Below are positions 18,866 through 28,465 of a stretch of DNA of 64,000 nucleotides, piece by piece (positions within the stretch are counted from its first letter, which is position 1; every line of letters begins with the position of its first letter). The notes under the pieces were generated by a model that was not told the origin of the DNA, did no database searches, and saw only the letters and a program-made list of their open reading frames with translations. The stretch is from Candidatus Latescibacterota bacterium (GTDB lineage Bacteria; Latescibacterota; UBA2968), in NCBI GenBank assembly GCA_965204745.1, contig OZ242010.1, positions 1,920,001-1,984,000 of the forward strand, written 5' to 3'. The position numbers were made by a program, and so were the translations under genes.

Positions 18866-19423
18866 ATGAACCGATTCACTTCGACAATCGCTGTTTGGGC
18901 ACTGGCGGCTTTGATGGTGCTGTGTGTGCCCCGAGCCTCTGACGCGCTGGGCGTGCGGGTCAAAGCCGGGGTGAACCTGACGCGCCAACAGCAGTTCGAC
19001 ACCTTGTACGGCGTCGGTGGGCAATTCGACTCGCACCGCTGGATGTTCGGCGCCAATCTCGACTTGGGGGCATTTATCTTGCCGAAGCTGCATCTGGTGC
19101 CTGGCGTAGATATGGCCGTACAGGAAAATTTGCGCGTGTATGCCGTCAATCTCGATGCCAACTACTTTTTCCACCAAAGTTCGCGTGGTAGGGGCTATGC
19201 CGGGCTCGGCTTTGGCACGCATTTCTTTCGCCCAGAGTCCGCGTCCGAGGCAGAGACAGCGGTTGCCAACGACACCAAAATCAGCCTGAATTTGCCCTTG
19301 GGCTATCAGCGCAAATTGGGCGGTGGTTTGGCGTGGTGGTTTGGCGAGATCAGGTTGGTCATTGCAGACGACGAAAAAGACAGCGCGTTGCAATTCACGG
19401 TTGGTTTTAATTTTGGTTATTAA
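18866..19423 (+). CDS. Putative outer-membrane beta-barrel protein
   Basis: Signal peptide, amphipathic strands (YAGLGFG), aromatic C-terminus VGFNFGY. Confidence 0.65.
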   Translation: MNRFTSTIAVWALAALMVLCVPRASDALGVRVKAGVNLTRQQQFDTLYGVGGQFDSHRWMFGANLDLGAFILPKLHLVPGVDMAVQENLRVYAVNLDANYFFHQSSRGRGYAGLGFGTHFFRPESASEAETAVANDTKISLNLPLGYQRKLGGGLAWWFGEIRLVIADDEKDSALQFTVGFNFGY

Positions 19424-19432
19424 GGAGGGGGT

Positions 19433-19531
19433 ATGCCGAGCAGTCAACGCCGAAAAGAACTGCGCCGACGGCGGCAACGGCGCAAAAAACGCCTGAAAGC
19501 CCGGCGCCGAGAAGAGCGCGCCGGGCGATAG
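19433..19531 (+). CDS. 32-aa highly basic small protein
   Basis: RBS TAAGGAGG; MPSSQRRKELRRRRQRRKKRLKARRREERAGR; below the ORF-track cutoff. Confidence 0.6.
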   Translation: MPSSQRRKELRRRRQRRKKRLKARRREERAGR

Positions 19532-19580
19532 TAGCGAGATGCAACCGTCTCGGTCACACCGATAAAGGGAGGGAATTGAA

Positions 19581-20963
19581 ATGCGTTTTTTGAAATTTTC
19601 TGCGGTTCTGATTTTGGTTTGTTCGTTTTTGAATCCAGCGAGTGGGATGGATATCAAGCGTTGGCTTGAAGAAATAGGGCTTGAAGAATATTATCCAAAT
19701 TTTGTGGATAATGCCATTACTGACGAAGAAACCCTTAAAAGTGTCACAGAAGATGACCTGAAATCCATGGGCATTGCTTCACTGGGGCATCGCAAAAGGT
19801 TGTTGTCAGCTATTTCCGAAGTCAAAACCCAAGGCTGGCAACCCAGATGGGACTTAAAATATTGGCTCCAGTCAATTTACATGGATGAATACTATCCGAA
19901 TTTTGTGGAAAATTCCATAACCGATAGGGAAACCATAGCGACCCTAAGTGAAGATGACTTGAAATCCATTGGCATTGCTTCGCTGGGGCATCGACGAAAA
20001 TTGATGTCCGCTATCGCATCTCTGAGTAAAACCGGTGAAATCGCAAGTGGCGTATTGCCTAGGGCGAATAATAATATCGTCGTCGAAGTGCATCAATCCC
20101 ACGTGGGAAGCGATCTGTGGTACCGCGTTGGCGTTGTCGATCCCACAGCAAAAACGATTGACTGGGGAGAGAGTCACAAATACGACATAGGTCGCTTGCC
20201 CATGTGCGATTTTGACGGCAATACGATTGTGGAAGTTCACGAGGGGCACGACGATTTGAGCTTGTGGTATCGCGTGGGCACGGTGGAAGAACAGACGAGA
20301 ACCATCAATTGGAAAAGAAGTGTCAATTACGACGATAGGGGGAGAAGCCCGGTGATTGCCATACGAGGCAATATTGCGGTTGAGATGCACCAGTCTCACG
20401 ATGGCACGGATTTGTGGTATCACGTTGGGATTTTGGATCGCGCAACGGGGTTTATCAACTGGAGTGAAAGCAAAAAATTTGATCGCGGCAAAATTCCGAG
20501 CATTGGATTTCCCGAACTGGAATTGAACACCATTGTCGAAGTTCACCAATCCCATACGGGCACGAATTTGTGGTACCACGTTGGCGTTGTCGATCCTGCC
20601 TCGAGAACGATCCATTGGGGCGAAAGCCACCAATACGACGTCGGTCGCTTGCCCATGTGCGATTTCGATGGCAACACCATAGTGGAAGTCCACCAAGGGC
20701 ATGACGACTTGCAACTGTGGTATCGCGTGGGCACGGTGGAAGAAAGAACGCGGACCATTGCGTGGGGCAGGAGCGTGAATTACGACAGGGGCAAAATCCC
20801 CACGGTCGCGATCAACGACAATATCGTGGTGGAGATGCACCAGTCTCATGCAGGCACGGAGTTGTGGTATACTGTCGGGATCTTAGACAAGACAACTCGG
20901 ACGATTGAATGGGGACAGGGCCATAGATTTGATATGGGCAGGATTCCGAGTGTTGGATTTTAA
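19581..20963 (+). CDS. Secreted protein: 2x SAM domain + six ~49-aa repeats (probable beta-propeller)
   Basis: Signal peptide; WL..IGL.EY..NF..DDLKS.GIASLGHR twice; repeats IVEVHQSH.G..LWY.VG...I.W..S..YD.G..P. Confidence 0.8.
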   Translation: MRFLKFSAVLILVCSFLNPASGMDIKRWLEEIGLEEYYPNFVDNAITDEETLKSVTEDDLKSMGIASLGHRKRLLSAISEVKTQGWQPRWDLKYWLQSIYMDEYYPNFVENSITDRETIATLSEDDLKSIGIASLGHRRKLMSAIASLSKTGEIASGVLPRANNNIVVEVHQSHVGSDLWYRVGVVDPTAKTIDWGESHKYDIGRLPMCDFDGNTIVEVHEGHDDLSLWYRVGTVEEQTRTINWKRSVNYDDRGRSPVIAIRGNIAVEMHQSHDGTDLWYHVGILDRATGFINWSESKKFDRGKIPSIGFPELELNTIVEVHQSHTGTNLWYHVGVVDPASRTIHWGESHQYDVGRLPMCDFDGNTIVEVHQGHDDLQLWYRVGTVEERTRTIAWGRSVNYDRGKIPTVAINDNIVVEMHQSHAGTELWYTVGILDKTTRTIEWGQGHRFDMGRIPSVGF

Positions 20964-21070
20964 TTGCGGTGCCCTGTCGCCAAAAGCCAAGAGAATCCTT
21001 GCCTAATGTGCGATTTTTCGTAAATTGAGGAAGTAGGCAGACGCCAACATTCACTTTTCAGGAGGTTTTG

Positions 21071-21439
21071 ATGGACAATCCCAAAGTTATCGCCTATTTG
21101 AAGCCCGTGTGCGGCTGGAGCGGGGGCGTGCGGGCCGTGCTGGCAAAATACGGCCTTGACTACGAAGACCGCGACATCATCAACAATCCCGACAACTACC
21201 GGGAAATGGTGATGAAGAGCGGGCAACCTTTACAGCCCTGCGTTCAAATCGGGGACGCGATGCTGGCCGACATCAGCGGCGACGAGTTGGAAAGGTGGTT
21301 GATCGAAAACGGGTACCGGCCCGGCGGCCCGGATCCCGCTGTTCCGACAGATAGTTCCTGCACGGACGAACAGCACGAAGCGATGGCACGCGCAGCAGCC
21401 GCACAGCCGACCATTGCCAACCCGTTTTTTGGTCAATAA
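21071..21439 (+). CDS. Glutaredoxin-family protein
   Basis: YLKPVCGWS, SGQPLQPCVQI. Confidence 0.8.
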   Translation: MDNPKVIAYLKPVCGWSGGVRAVLAKYGLDYEDRDIINNPDNYREMVMKSGQPLQPCVQIGDAMLADISGDELERWLIENGYRPGGPDPAVPTDSSCTDEQHEAMARAAAAQPTIANPFFGQ

Positions 21440-22023
21440 CAAAAGCGGCGGGGTTTTGAAAGAGAACGAGGCGATCCCTTTGGGGGTCGCCTTTTTTGTG
21501 GGTGCAAGACCGCAATGTGGGGAAGGTTGCGATAGGCTTGGTCGTAGTCGAGGCCATAGCCCACCACGAATTGGTCCGCGATAGTGAACGCGGAGTACTG
21601 CACTGGAACTCGAACGATGCGGCGGCTCGGTTTGTCGATGAGGGCGCAGATGCCGAGGCTGCGCGGGTTTCGGTCTTTTAAGAACGCGAGCAGGGCCGAG
21701 AGCGTGCGCCCGGTATCCACGATGTCTTCGATGATGAGCACATCCCGCCCGGCGATTTCACCATCGAGGTCTTTTGAGAGCGTCACCTTGCCGGAACTCT
21801 CCGTGCCGACGTAACTCGACACCGCCATGAAATCGATCTCCACCGGGCTCGTGATCGCACGCGACAGGTCCGCCAAAAAATAAAACGCGCCCCTGAGAAT
21901 GCCCACGAGCACCACGCCCTCCGGATACTGCGCGGAAATCTCAACCCCGAGTTCCCGCACCCGATCCCGAATCGCGCTTTCATCGATTAAAATACGCGTA
22001 CTGTGATGAGACATATCTCGCAT
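21433..22023 (-). CDS. hpt: Hypoxanthine phosphoribosyltransferase
   Basis: GILRGA, VLIIEDIVDTGRTL, FVVGYGLDY..YRNLP. Confidence 0.95.
   Translation of the reverse strand: MRDMSHHSTRILIDESAIRDRVRELGVEISAQYPEGVVLVGILRGAFYFLADLSRAITSPVEIDFMAVSSYVGTESSGKVTLSKDLDGEIAGRDVLIIEDIVDTGRTLSALLAFLKDRNPRSLGICALIDKPSRRIVRVPVQYSAFTIADQFVVGYGLDYDQAYRNLPHIAVLHPQKRRPPKGSPRSLSKPRRFCY
21469..21497 (+). terminator. Terminator hairpin overlapping the hpt 3' end
   Basis: AGGCGATCCC-TTTG-GGGGTCGCCT plus T-run. Confidence 0.65.
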
Positions 22024-22196
22024 ACAAATCTCCTAATTGAGTTCAACACATGAAGTCCATCAAGTCTCGGTTTGGCTTATGGGTTTGCCATCGCGGGCCA
22101 TAACACTAGAAAATGGATCGCCGCTTTCCCTCTACCAAACTGGATTGCTTGCGTTGTGCTTGCGCGTGCCGGCGTTCGCCGGAATGTTCGCCTTCA

Positions 22197-22391
22197 TCAC
22201 TTCACAATTTCGCGCAAAAAATCTTCCGCTGAATATTCGTTGCAACCCACCGCTGCCATTACCAAATCCAATATTTCGCGCCGCGTTCTGCGCACATAGA
22301 GCAGATCTTCTTGCACCTCTTTGGATTTTCGCTCGCCCAGCCGTTCCCCGATCTCCTTGGGCGTCAACCACGCATTTCCCGCCTCTGCCAT
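22197..22391 (-). CDS. Small hypothetical protein
   Basis: 64-aa helical, protein-like ORF; TTGACA promoter-like site upstream near 22467. Confidence 0.5.
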   Translation of the reverse strand: MAEAGNAWLTPKEIGERLGERKSKEVQEDLLYVRRTRREILDLVMAAVGCNEYSAEDFLREIVK

Positions 22392-22514
22392 TGTCGTTCC
22401 CTCGCGTTGAATGGGTCTGGGTTTGAGTAATGGGTGCGAAAATAAATCATGAGAAGGATAATGTCAATAGGGGCAAGAGGGGAGAGGCAAGAGGCAAGAT
22501 ACTCTCTTAAAAGG

Positions 22515-23522
22515 TCAAGGGGTTTTCGGGGTGATTCGATAGAATTTTTCGCCCTCAAAATCTTGGTCATGGCGCAACATGCCCCAGATCGAATGGAGCA
22601 ACTTTCGCATCACCGCAACGATAGCCTGCAAAGGTTTCTTGCCGCGGGCGATGAGTTGGTCATAGAAGGCTTTGACATGGCCTTCGTGTCTGATGGCCAC
22701 CCAGGCAGGCATATAGAGGGCATGGCGGAGGTACTTATTCCCGGTTTTCGAGATGCGTCTTTGTGGATTGGCGGTTCCGGATTGTTTGGGTTTGGGATCC
22801 AGGCCTGCATGTGCGACCCACTGGGGCGGTTGCATCTCCTCTGGCAAAAGGGTCAACTCGGCCAAGAGCCGCAAGGCACTCGTTTGCGCGATGCCAGGCG
22901 TCGAGCAGAGGCGTTGGTAGGCACGCTTGAGGGGCTCATCGTGCAAAACGAGATCGAGGGCTTGGCTTTCCAAGTATGCAATCCGGCGTTTGAAGTGTCG
23001 AATATTCACCTGAATATCGCGTGCGATGAGACGTGTGCTGCGGATGTGGTAGCTCTGCGCGTGGTTGCGGCTCTGTTCGCGGATGATCTCCTGCTTGAGT
23101 TGGTCAATGCGTCTGGTGAGGGCTTGCAGTTGAAGCCGTTGCTCGCTCGGCGCTTGCCAAGGCACAAAAGGCATGCGCTCGGCATAGTCGAGGATCAACA
23201 ACGCATCCTTCGCATCCGTCTTCGCCCGTTGCATGCAGGCTTGGGCGTACTTGCTCATCGCTTTGGGATTGACGACCATGACCTTTGTGTGGCGATGCCG
23301 ATGCAAGGCCAAGGCCACCCCCAAACTGTAAAGCCCGGTCGCTTCGAGGCACACAGAGACCATGTGCCCGCCCTTCGTGAGCCACTTCAGCAACCGCTTA
23401 TGCGCTTGGGGATCATTGGCAAAGGTCGCTTGCATGACAGCTTGTCCGGGTCTGGACAGGGCAACGGACAACGTGCGGGCACTGACATCAATGCCGGCAA
23501 AAGCGGGGTGAGATTTCGACAT
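22515..23522 (-). CDS. IS110 DEDD transposase (bridge recombinase)
   Basis: Protein identical to copy 1. Confidence 0.95.
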   Translation of the reverse strand: MSKSHPAFAGIDVSARTLSVALSRPGQAVMQATFANDPQAHKRLLKWLTKGGHMVSVCLEATGLYSLGVALALHRHRHTKVMVVNPKAMSKYAQACMQRAKTDAKDALLILDYAERMPFVPWQAPSEQRLQLQALTRRIDQLKQEIIREQSRNHAQSYHIRSTRLIARDIQVNIRHFKRRIAYLESQALDLVLHDEPLKRAYQRLCSTPGIAQTSALRLLAELTLLPEEMQPPQWVAHAGLDPKPKQSGTANPQRRISKTGNKYLRHALYMPAWVAIRHEGHVKAFYDQLIARGKKPLQAIVAVMRKLLHSIWGMLRHDQDFEGEKFYRITPKTP

Positions 23523-23538
23523 GGGGGCCTCCTGTGAT

Positions 23539-23774
23539 GAGGGGGTTGTAAGGGATCTGGTGCGCGCTCGGGGTCGCGTCCCGACCATTGACGCCAAGTC
23601 TACCGGTCTTGTATATGCAGCCTCAAGGGGCTTAGATACTCTTCGGCATAGACCCGGCGGTCGGGGGGCCTATCTTACCTACAAGGTCATCGCCTTCAAG
23701 AGGGGCCGGCCTTCCCCGAGCCGGGCATCAAGATGGCTTATCTCGATACGAGGGCGCAACTCCTAATTAACCCT
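23539..23774 (-). ncRNA. Putative IS110 bridge RNA, copy 2
   Basis: Same sequence as the copy 1 leader. Confidence 0.78.
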
Positions 23775-24148
23775 TACTTCCAAGATACAAGAGGGGAGAA
23801 GGCTACCGGGCTGTTCCTCAAGTTGTCAGTTGTCAGTTGACTAATTCTAACGAACATAGCGGTGGGGAGCGGGCGGGCACGCACGGGTGGCGGGGTGGAG
23901 CAGATGGGGACGCACGGGCGGTTGGGTAGGGCGGTGGGCAGATCTCACCTCTTACTTCTTGCCTCTTACTTGGGGGCAGGGCTTGCGGTGGGGCGGAGGG
24001 GGTAGGGTAATCCGCGCAATCCCCTAATCCGCGAAAATCCGCGATCCGCTTTTACTCTTGAACTATTTTTATATCTGTATTATAGTTGGCCTTACCACGT
24101 AACGACATATCGCCTCTCTGCTCCCCATTCCATTGGAGGCGTTTTTTT

Positions 24149-25441
24149 ATGGAACAATTTGTCATTGAAGGTGGGCATCCGCTGGCGGGCACAGTGGTTC
24201 CGGCGGGCAACAAAAATGCGGCGCAACCGCTGTTGGCCGCGACCTTGTTGACCGAAGAACCCGTGGTGCTCAAGAATGTGCCACAAATCGGCGACATCGG
24301 CGTTATTGTCGAGATTTTGCGCGACCTCGGCGCAGAAGTCCGCGAGTCGGGCGATCACGAACTCGCGGTTTGTACCAAAGGCGTCGACAAATCCGCGTTG
24401 CGCGCAGACCTGTGCCGAAAAGTGCGCGGCAGTTTTATGTTTGCCGGGCCCCTGTTGGGCCGCTTTGGGCAAGCGACCATTCCGCGCCCTGGGGGCGACC
24501 GCATTGGCCGGCGGCGCGTGGATACCCACTTGATCGCGCTCGAAGAACTCGGCGTGCGGTTCCACACCAACCACATCTACGATTTTCAGGCACCCAGGGG
24601 GCTCGTCGGCGCGGACATTTTTTTGGACGAGCGCAGCGTCACCGGCACGGAAAACGCGGTCATGGCCGCGGTGCTCGCCCGCGGCACCACCATCTTGTCC
24701 AACGTGGCATCCGAGCCGCATGTGCAAGAACTGTGTTTCATGCTCAACGACATGGGCGCGCAAATTTCGGGCATCGGCACAAATGAAATGGTGATCGAAG
24801 GCGTGTCCAAACTCGGCGGCACAACGCACACCATCGGGCCGGATTACATGGAAGTCGGCAGCTTTATCGGCCTGGCCGGAGCCACCAACAGCGAGATTCG
24901 CATCGTCGATGCCGCGCCCAAAAACATGCGAAAGACCTTGATGGTATTTCGGCGGTTGGGCCTCGAAGTCGAAGTCGATAGACGAGACATCGTCGTGCCG
25001 CCCTTTCAAAAGCTGGAAATCATGCCCGACGTGGGCGATGCGATCCCGCGCATCGACAATGACCCATGGCCGGGGTTTCCGCCCGATTTGATGAGCATTG
25101 CCATCGTCCTTGCCACGCAGGCGCGGGGCACCGTGTTGTTTTTTGAAAAAATGTTTGAACAGCGCATGTACTGGCTCGACCGCCTCATCGACATGGGCGC
25201 GAAAATCGTCATTTGCGACCCGCACCGCGCCGTCGTGGTGGGGCCGTCCAAACTCTACGGCGAGCATCTGACGAGTCCGGATATTCGGGCGGGCATGGCA
25301 TTGATCATCGCGGCATTGTGCGCCGAAGGGCAAAGCGTGATCCGCAACATCGAACAGATCGACCGCGGATACGAACAAATCGACACGCGCTTGCGGGCCT
25401 TGGGCGCGCACATTCAGCGGGTGACAGTGGAAGATGGATAA
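24149..25441 (+). CDS. murA: UDP-N-acetylglucosamine 1-carboxyvinyltransferase
   Basis: [40 protein letters not shown]. Confidence 0.95.
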   Translation: MEQFVIEGGHPLAGTVVPAGNKNAAQPLLAATLLTEEPVVLKNVPQIGDIGVIVEILRDLGAEVRESGDHELAVCTKGVDKSALRADLCRKVRGSFMFAGPLLGRFGQATIPRPGGDRIGRRRVDTHLIALEELGVRFHTNHIYDFQAPRGLVGADIFLDERSVTGTENAVMAAVLARGTTILSNVASEPHVQELCFMLNDMGAQISGIGTNEMVIEGVSKLGGTTHTIGPDYMEVGSFIGLAGATNSEIRIVDAAPKNMRKTLMVFRRLGLEVEVDRRDIVVPPFQKLEIMPDVGDAIPRIDNDPWPGFPPDLMSIAIVLATQARGTVLFFEKMFEQRMYWLDRLIDMGAKIVICDPHRAVVVGPSKLYGEHLTSPDIRAGMALIIAALCAEGQSVIRNIEQIDRGYEQIDTRLRALGAHIQRVTVEDG

Positions 25442-26774
25442 CGCAGATGCACGCGCGGGCGCGCTACAAATCGTGCGCCGGTTGCAGGCGCGGGGGTTTC
25501 GCGCCCTGTGGGCCGGCGGATGCGTGCGCGACATGGCGATGGGGCACGCGCCCCGGGATTACGATATTGCCACAAATGCCGATCTCCAAGAGGTGATCGG
25601 CATTTTTCCACATGCCCAAGCGGTCGGCGCGCACTTCGGGGTAGCACTCGTGCGGTTGGGCAATCACCTGTATGAAGTGGCGCGCTTTCGCCGGGACTTG
25701 GCATATTCAGATGGGCGGCATCCCGACGGCGTGGTATTCGCAGATGAACGAGAAGACGCCGAGCGGCGCGATTTCACCATCAACGGCATGTTCTACGATC
25801 CCATAGCCGACGAAGTGCTCGACTATGTCGGCGGACGGGCGGACCTAGCGAAAAAAGTGATCCGCACTATCGGCGATCCCCAGGCCCGATTCCGCGAAGA
25901 TCGCTTGCGGATGTTGCGCGCCGTGCGCTTTGCGTGCCGGTACCACTGGCCCATCGAGGACCAAACGCGACTCGCTATCGCGGAATTGAGCCACAGTGTT
26001 GACGCCATCAGTTCCGAGCGCGTCCGCGACGAGGTCGTCAAAATCCTGACCGAAGGGGGCGCGCCTTGGGGCGTGCGTTGCCTGATCGACCTGGGCTTGA
26101 TGGCCGTCTTCATGCCCGAAGTGGTCGCTATGGATGGCGTGCCGCAACCGCCGCAATTTCATCCCGAAGGCGATGTGCTGACCCACACCCTGATCATGTT
26201 GGGCCTGTTGCGCGATCCCTCTCCCGAATTGGCAATGGGTGTTTTGTTACACGATGTGGGCAAACCCCCGACTTTTCAGGTGCGCGACCGCATTCGGTTC
26301 GATAACCACACAAAAGTCGGGCGCGCAATGGCCGAGGAAATTTGCAAGCGGCTGCGCTTCTCCCATGACCAGACAAAGCACATCGCGGCATTGGTGGTCG
26401 ATCACCACAAATTCATGCATGCGCGGGACATGCGCCCGAGCAAGTTGAAGCGGTTTCTCCGCGCGGATCGGTTTGAAGATCATCTGGAATTGCATCGCAT
26501 AGATTGCCTGTCCTGCCATGGCGACTTGGCAAATTACAAATTTTGCAAGAACGCACTCGAAACCCTGCCACCAGAACAAATCCGTCCCGATCCCCTGATC
26601 AACGGTTACGACCTCATCGCAATGGGCCACACACCCGGCCCTGCGTTCAAGCGCGTATTGCAAGCGGTGGAAGATGCACAACTAGAAGAACGGGTAACGA
26701 CTCGCGCCGCCGCATTGGCATTGGCAACACAACTCATTGAATCGCCCCCACACCCGGAACCCTTTGCCCGTTGA
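25434..26774 (+). CDS. cca: CCA tRNA nucleotidyltransferase (HD domain)
   Basis: [42 protein letters not shown]. Confidence 0.9.
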   Translation: MDNADARAGALQIVRRLQARGFRALWAGGCVRDMAMGHAPRDYDIATNADLQEVIGIFPHAQAVGAHFGVALVRLGNHLYEVARFRRDLAYSDGRHPDGVVFADEREDAERRDFTINGMFYDPIADEVLDYVGGRADLAKKVIRTIGDPQARFREDRLRMLRAVRFACRYHWPIEDQTRLAIAELSHSVDAISSERVRDEVVKILTEGGAPWGVRCLIDLGLMAVFMPEVVAMDGVPQPPQFHPEGDVLTHTLIMLGLLRDPSPELAMGVLLHDVGKPPTFQVRDRIRFDNHTKVGRAMAEEICKRLRFSHDQTKHIAALVVDHHKFMHARDMRPSKLKRFLRADRFEDHLELHRIDCLSCHGDLANYKFCKNALETLPPEQIRPDPLINGYDLIAMGHTPGPAFKRVLQAVEDAQLEERVTTRAAALALATQLIESPPHPEPFAR

Positions 26775-26830
26775 GAGGTCAAAAAAATGACCGCTATTCG
26801 GCACATCCAACATTCTCGAGGAGACGCCCC

Positions 26831-27415
26831 ATGCCTAACCGATGGTTTATCACCTATTGCGCGGGCCTGATGCTGATGGCACTTGCGGCAACGCCTGCGG
26901 CAGCGACGACCGTGAAAACCTTTGCCTTTGAAGAAATGTGCGAAACCGCGCAGACCATTGTACACGTCCAATGCCTCGCCCGCGAAAACGCCATCTTTCC
27001 CAAGCGCAAGGGCATCTTTACCCAAACGCGATTCCGCGTTCTAGAAGTGGTGAAGGGACAGGCAGACGAGGAAATGGTACTCGTGTTGCCCGGCGGCGAA
27101 TGGGAAGGCCAACGCATGCATGTGCCCGGAATACCGCAATTTGCAGCCGGCAAAGAAACCGTGCTGTTTCTCTCAAAAACCGACACTTTCGGCTCTCCAT
27201 GGCCAGTCGGCTTGGGGCAGGGATGCTATCCCGTGCAAGTAGAGGAAGGCAAAGACCGCAGCGTAAGGCTCCGCCCGGGGCACACCCCTTTGCCTTTGAA
27301 CATCCGCCGCAAACCCACACAAACCCCGCACACAGACATGGCATTGCGCGACTTTCTCACCGCAATACGCGAAGTACTCGCCTTGCCCAAAAACAATCCC
27401 CCATCCGAGCAGTAA
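26831..27415 (+). CDS. Secreted hypothetical protein
   Basis: Signal peptide; V.EV.KG...LPGG...VPG.PQF..G.E..LFL pattern. Confidence 0.7.
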   Translation: MPNRWFITYCAGLMLMALAATPAAATTVKTFAFEEMCETAQTIVHVQCLARENAIFPKRKGIFTQTRFRVLEVVKGQADEEMVLVLPGGEWEGQRMHVPGIPQFAAGKETVLFLSKTDTFGSPWPVGLGQGCYPVQVEEGKDRSVRLRPGHTPLPLNIRRKPTQTPHTDMALRDFLTAIREVLALPKNNPPSEQ

Positions 27416-27464
27416 GAGGCGAGAAGGTTGCCCGAAACGCAGGCGCGCGGCTCCCAATGAACAG

Positions 27465-27499
27465 AAAAAGCGGACACACAATCGCGTGTCCGCTTTTTT
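27465..27499. terminator. Bidirectional terminator
   Basis: AAAAAGCGGACAC..GTGTCCGCTTTTTT between convergent genes. Confidence 0.75.
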
Positions 27500-27589
27500 G
27501 CGAAACCCAACCCATGCCGCGACAAAACACATCGCACAGCCTACGAGAAGCGGAACGGGGTACAACTTCATCATCGAAGGGCATCGGAT

Positions 27590-27745
27590 TTTGGGGTTGT
27601 TGGGTGGCCTTCTCCCGTCTCCCTTCTTGCCTCTCACTGGTGGATGGGCTGTTGGGCGGCCCTCTCCCGTCTCACTTCTCGCTTCTTACCGGTGGATGGG
27701 CTGTTGGGTGGCCTTCTCCCGTCTCACTTCTCACTTCTTACTGGT
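27590..27745 (-). repeat. Tandem units homologous to 8681-8803
   Basis: TGTTGGGTGGCCTTCTCCCGTCTC x3. Confidence 0.75.
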
Positions 27746-28452
27746 AGATGGGCGGAGGCGGGCTGACCACTGACCGCTGACAGGTCATCGTCATCCACCG
27801 GCGGGCTGGCAATTGCGCCCACAGACACGGCATGCGCGCCTGCGGCCCACAGAGCGAGAACGCACGCATTGAGCGTCGCGCCGGTAGTGATGACGTCGTC
27901 AATCAAAAAAATGTCGCGGCCCGCAATGGTCGCGGGTTTCCGCACGCGGAACGCGCCCATCACATTGTATTGGCGTTCAAAAACGCCCAAGCGCGTTTGC
28001 GTGGGGGTGGCGCGGACGCGATTTAGCGCGTTGGGGATCACGCGGACGCCCGATACCCGGCCAGCAGCCCTTGCGATTATCTCGCTCTGATTGTACCCGC
28101 GTGCTCGTTTTTTGGTCGGATGGAGGGGCACTGGAACGATCACCGAGTCCGGATTGACCATATTCGCAATCCGTTGCCCCAGTGCCACCCCGAGTATTTG
28201 CCCGGGCAGGGTTTTGCCCCGGTATTTGAGCGCGTGAATCAATGCCCGCACGCAGTCGTTAAATTGGTACAAAATCACCGCGTGATCAAAGTCGCATTCA
28301 AAATTCTCCTCGCTTGGCGTCCAATCCTCGAATTCCTCTGTGCAGGCATCGCATATCCCCGGCGCGTCCGGCAACGATGTGCTGCAAATCAAGCAGGACG
28401 ACGGATACACAAAATTGAGGGCCGCACGCCAAAGTTTTTTCGCTGGTTGCAT
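27724..28452 (-). CDS. comF: ComF family amidophosphoribosyltransferase
   Basis: CLIC..ICDAC, PVPLH..RGYNQSE, LIDDVITTGATL. Confidence 0.9.
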   Translation of the reverse strand: MQPAKKLWRAALNFVYPSSCLICSTSLPDAPGICDACTEEFEDWTPSEENFECDFDHAVILYQFNDCVRALIHALKYRGKTLPGQILGVALGQRIANMVNPDSVIVPVPLHPTKKRARGYNQSEIIARAAGRVSGVRVIPNALNRVRATPTQTRLGVFERQYNVMGAFRVRKPATIAGRDIFLIDDVITTGATLNACVLALWAAGAHAVSVGAIASPPVDDDDLSAVSGQPASAHLPVRSEK

Positions 28453-28465
28453 CTTTCCGCTCCTT

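Larger units (their letters stand above)
22497..23791 (-). mobile_element. IS110-family element, copy 2
   Basis: Offset 15129 from copy 1; empty site GAGGCA-AG-AGGGGAGAAGG. Confidence 0.93.

Noticed and set aside
19691-19711. DnaA-box match TGTGGATAA
   Set aside because: Isolated and inside a coding region; no box cluster or unwinding element
22036-22196. Possible ncRNA upstream of hpt
   Set aside because: No recognisable family motif or convincing structure by eye
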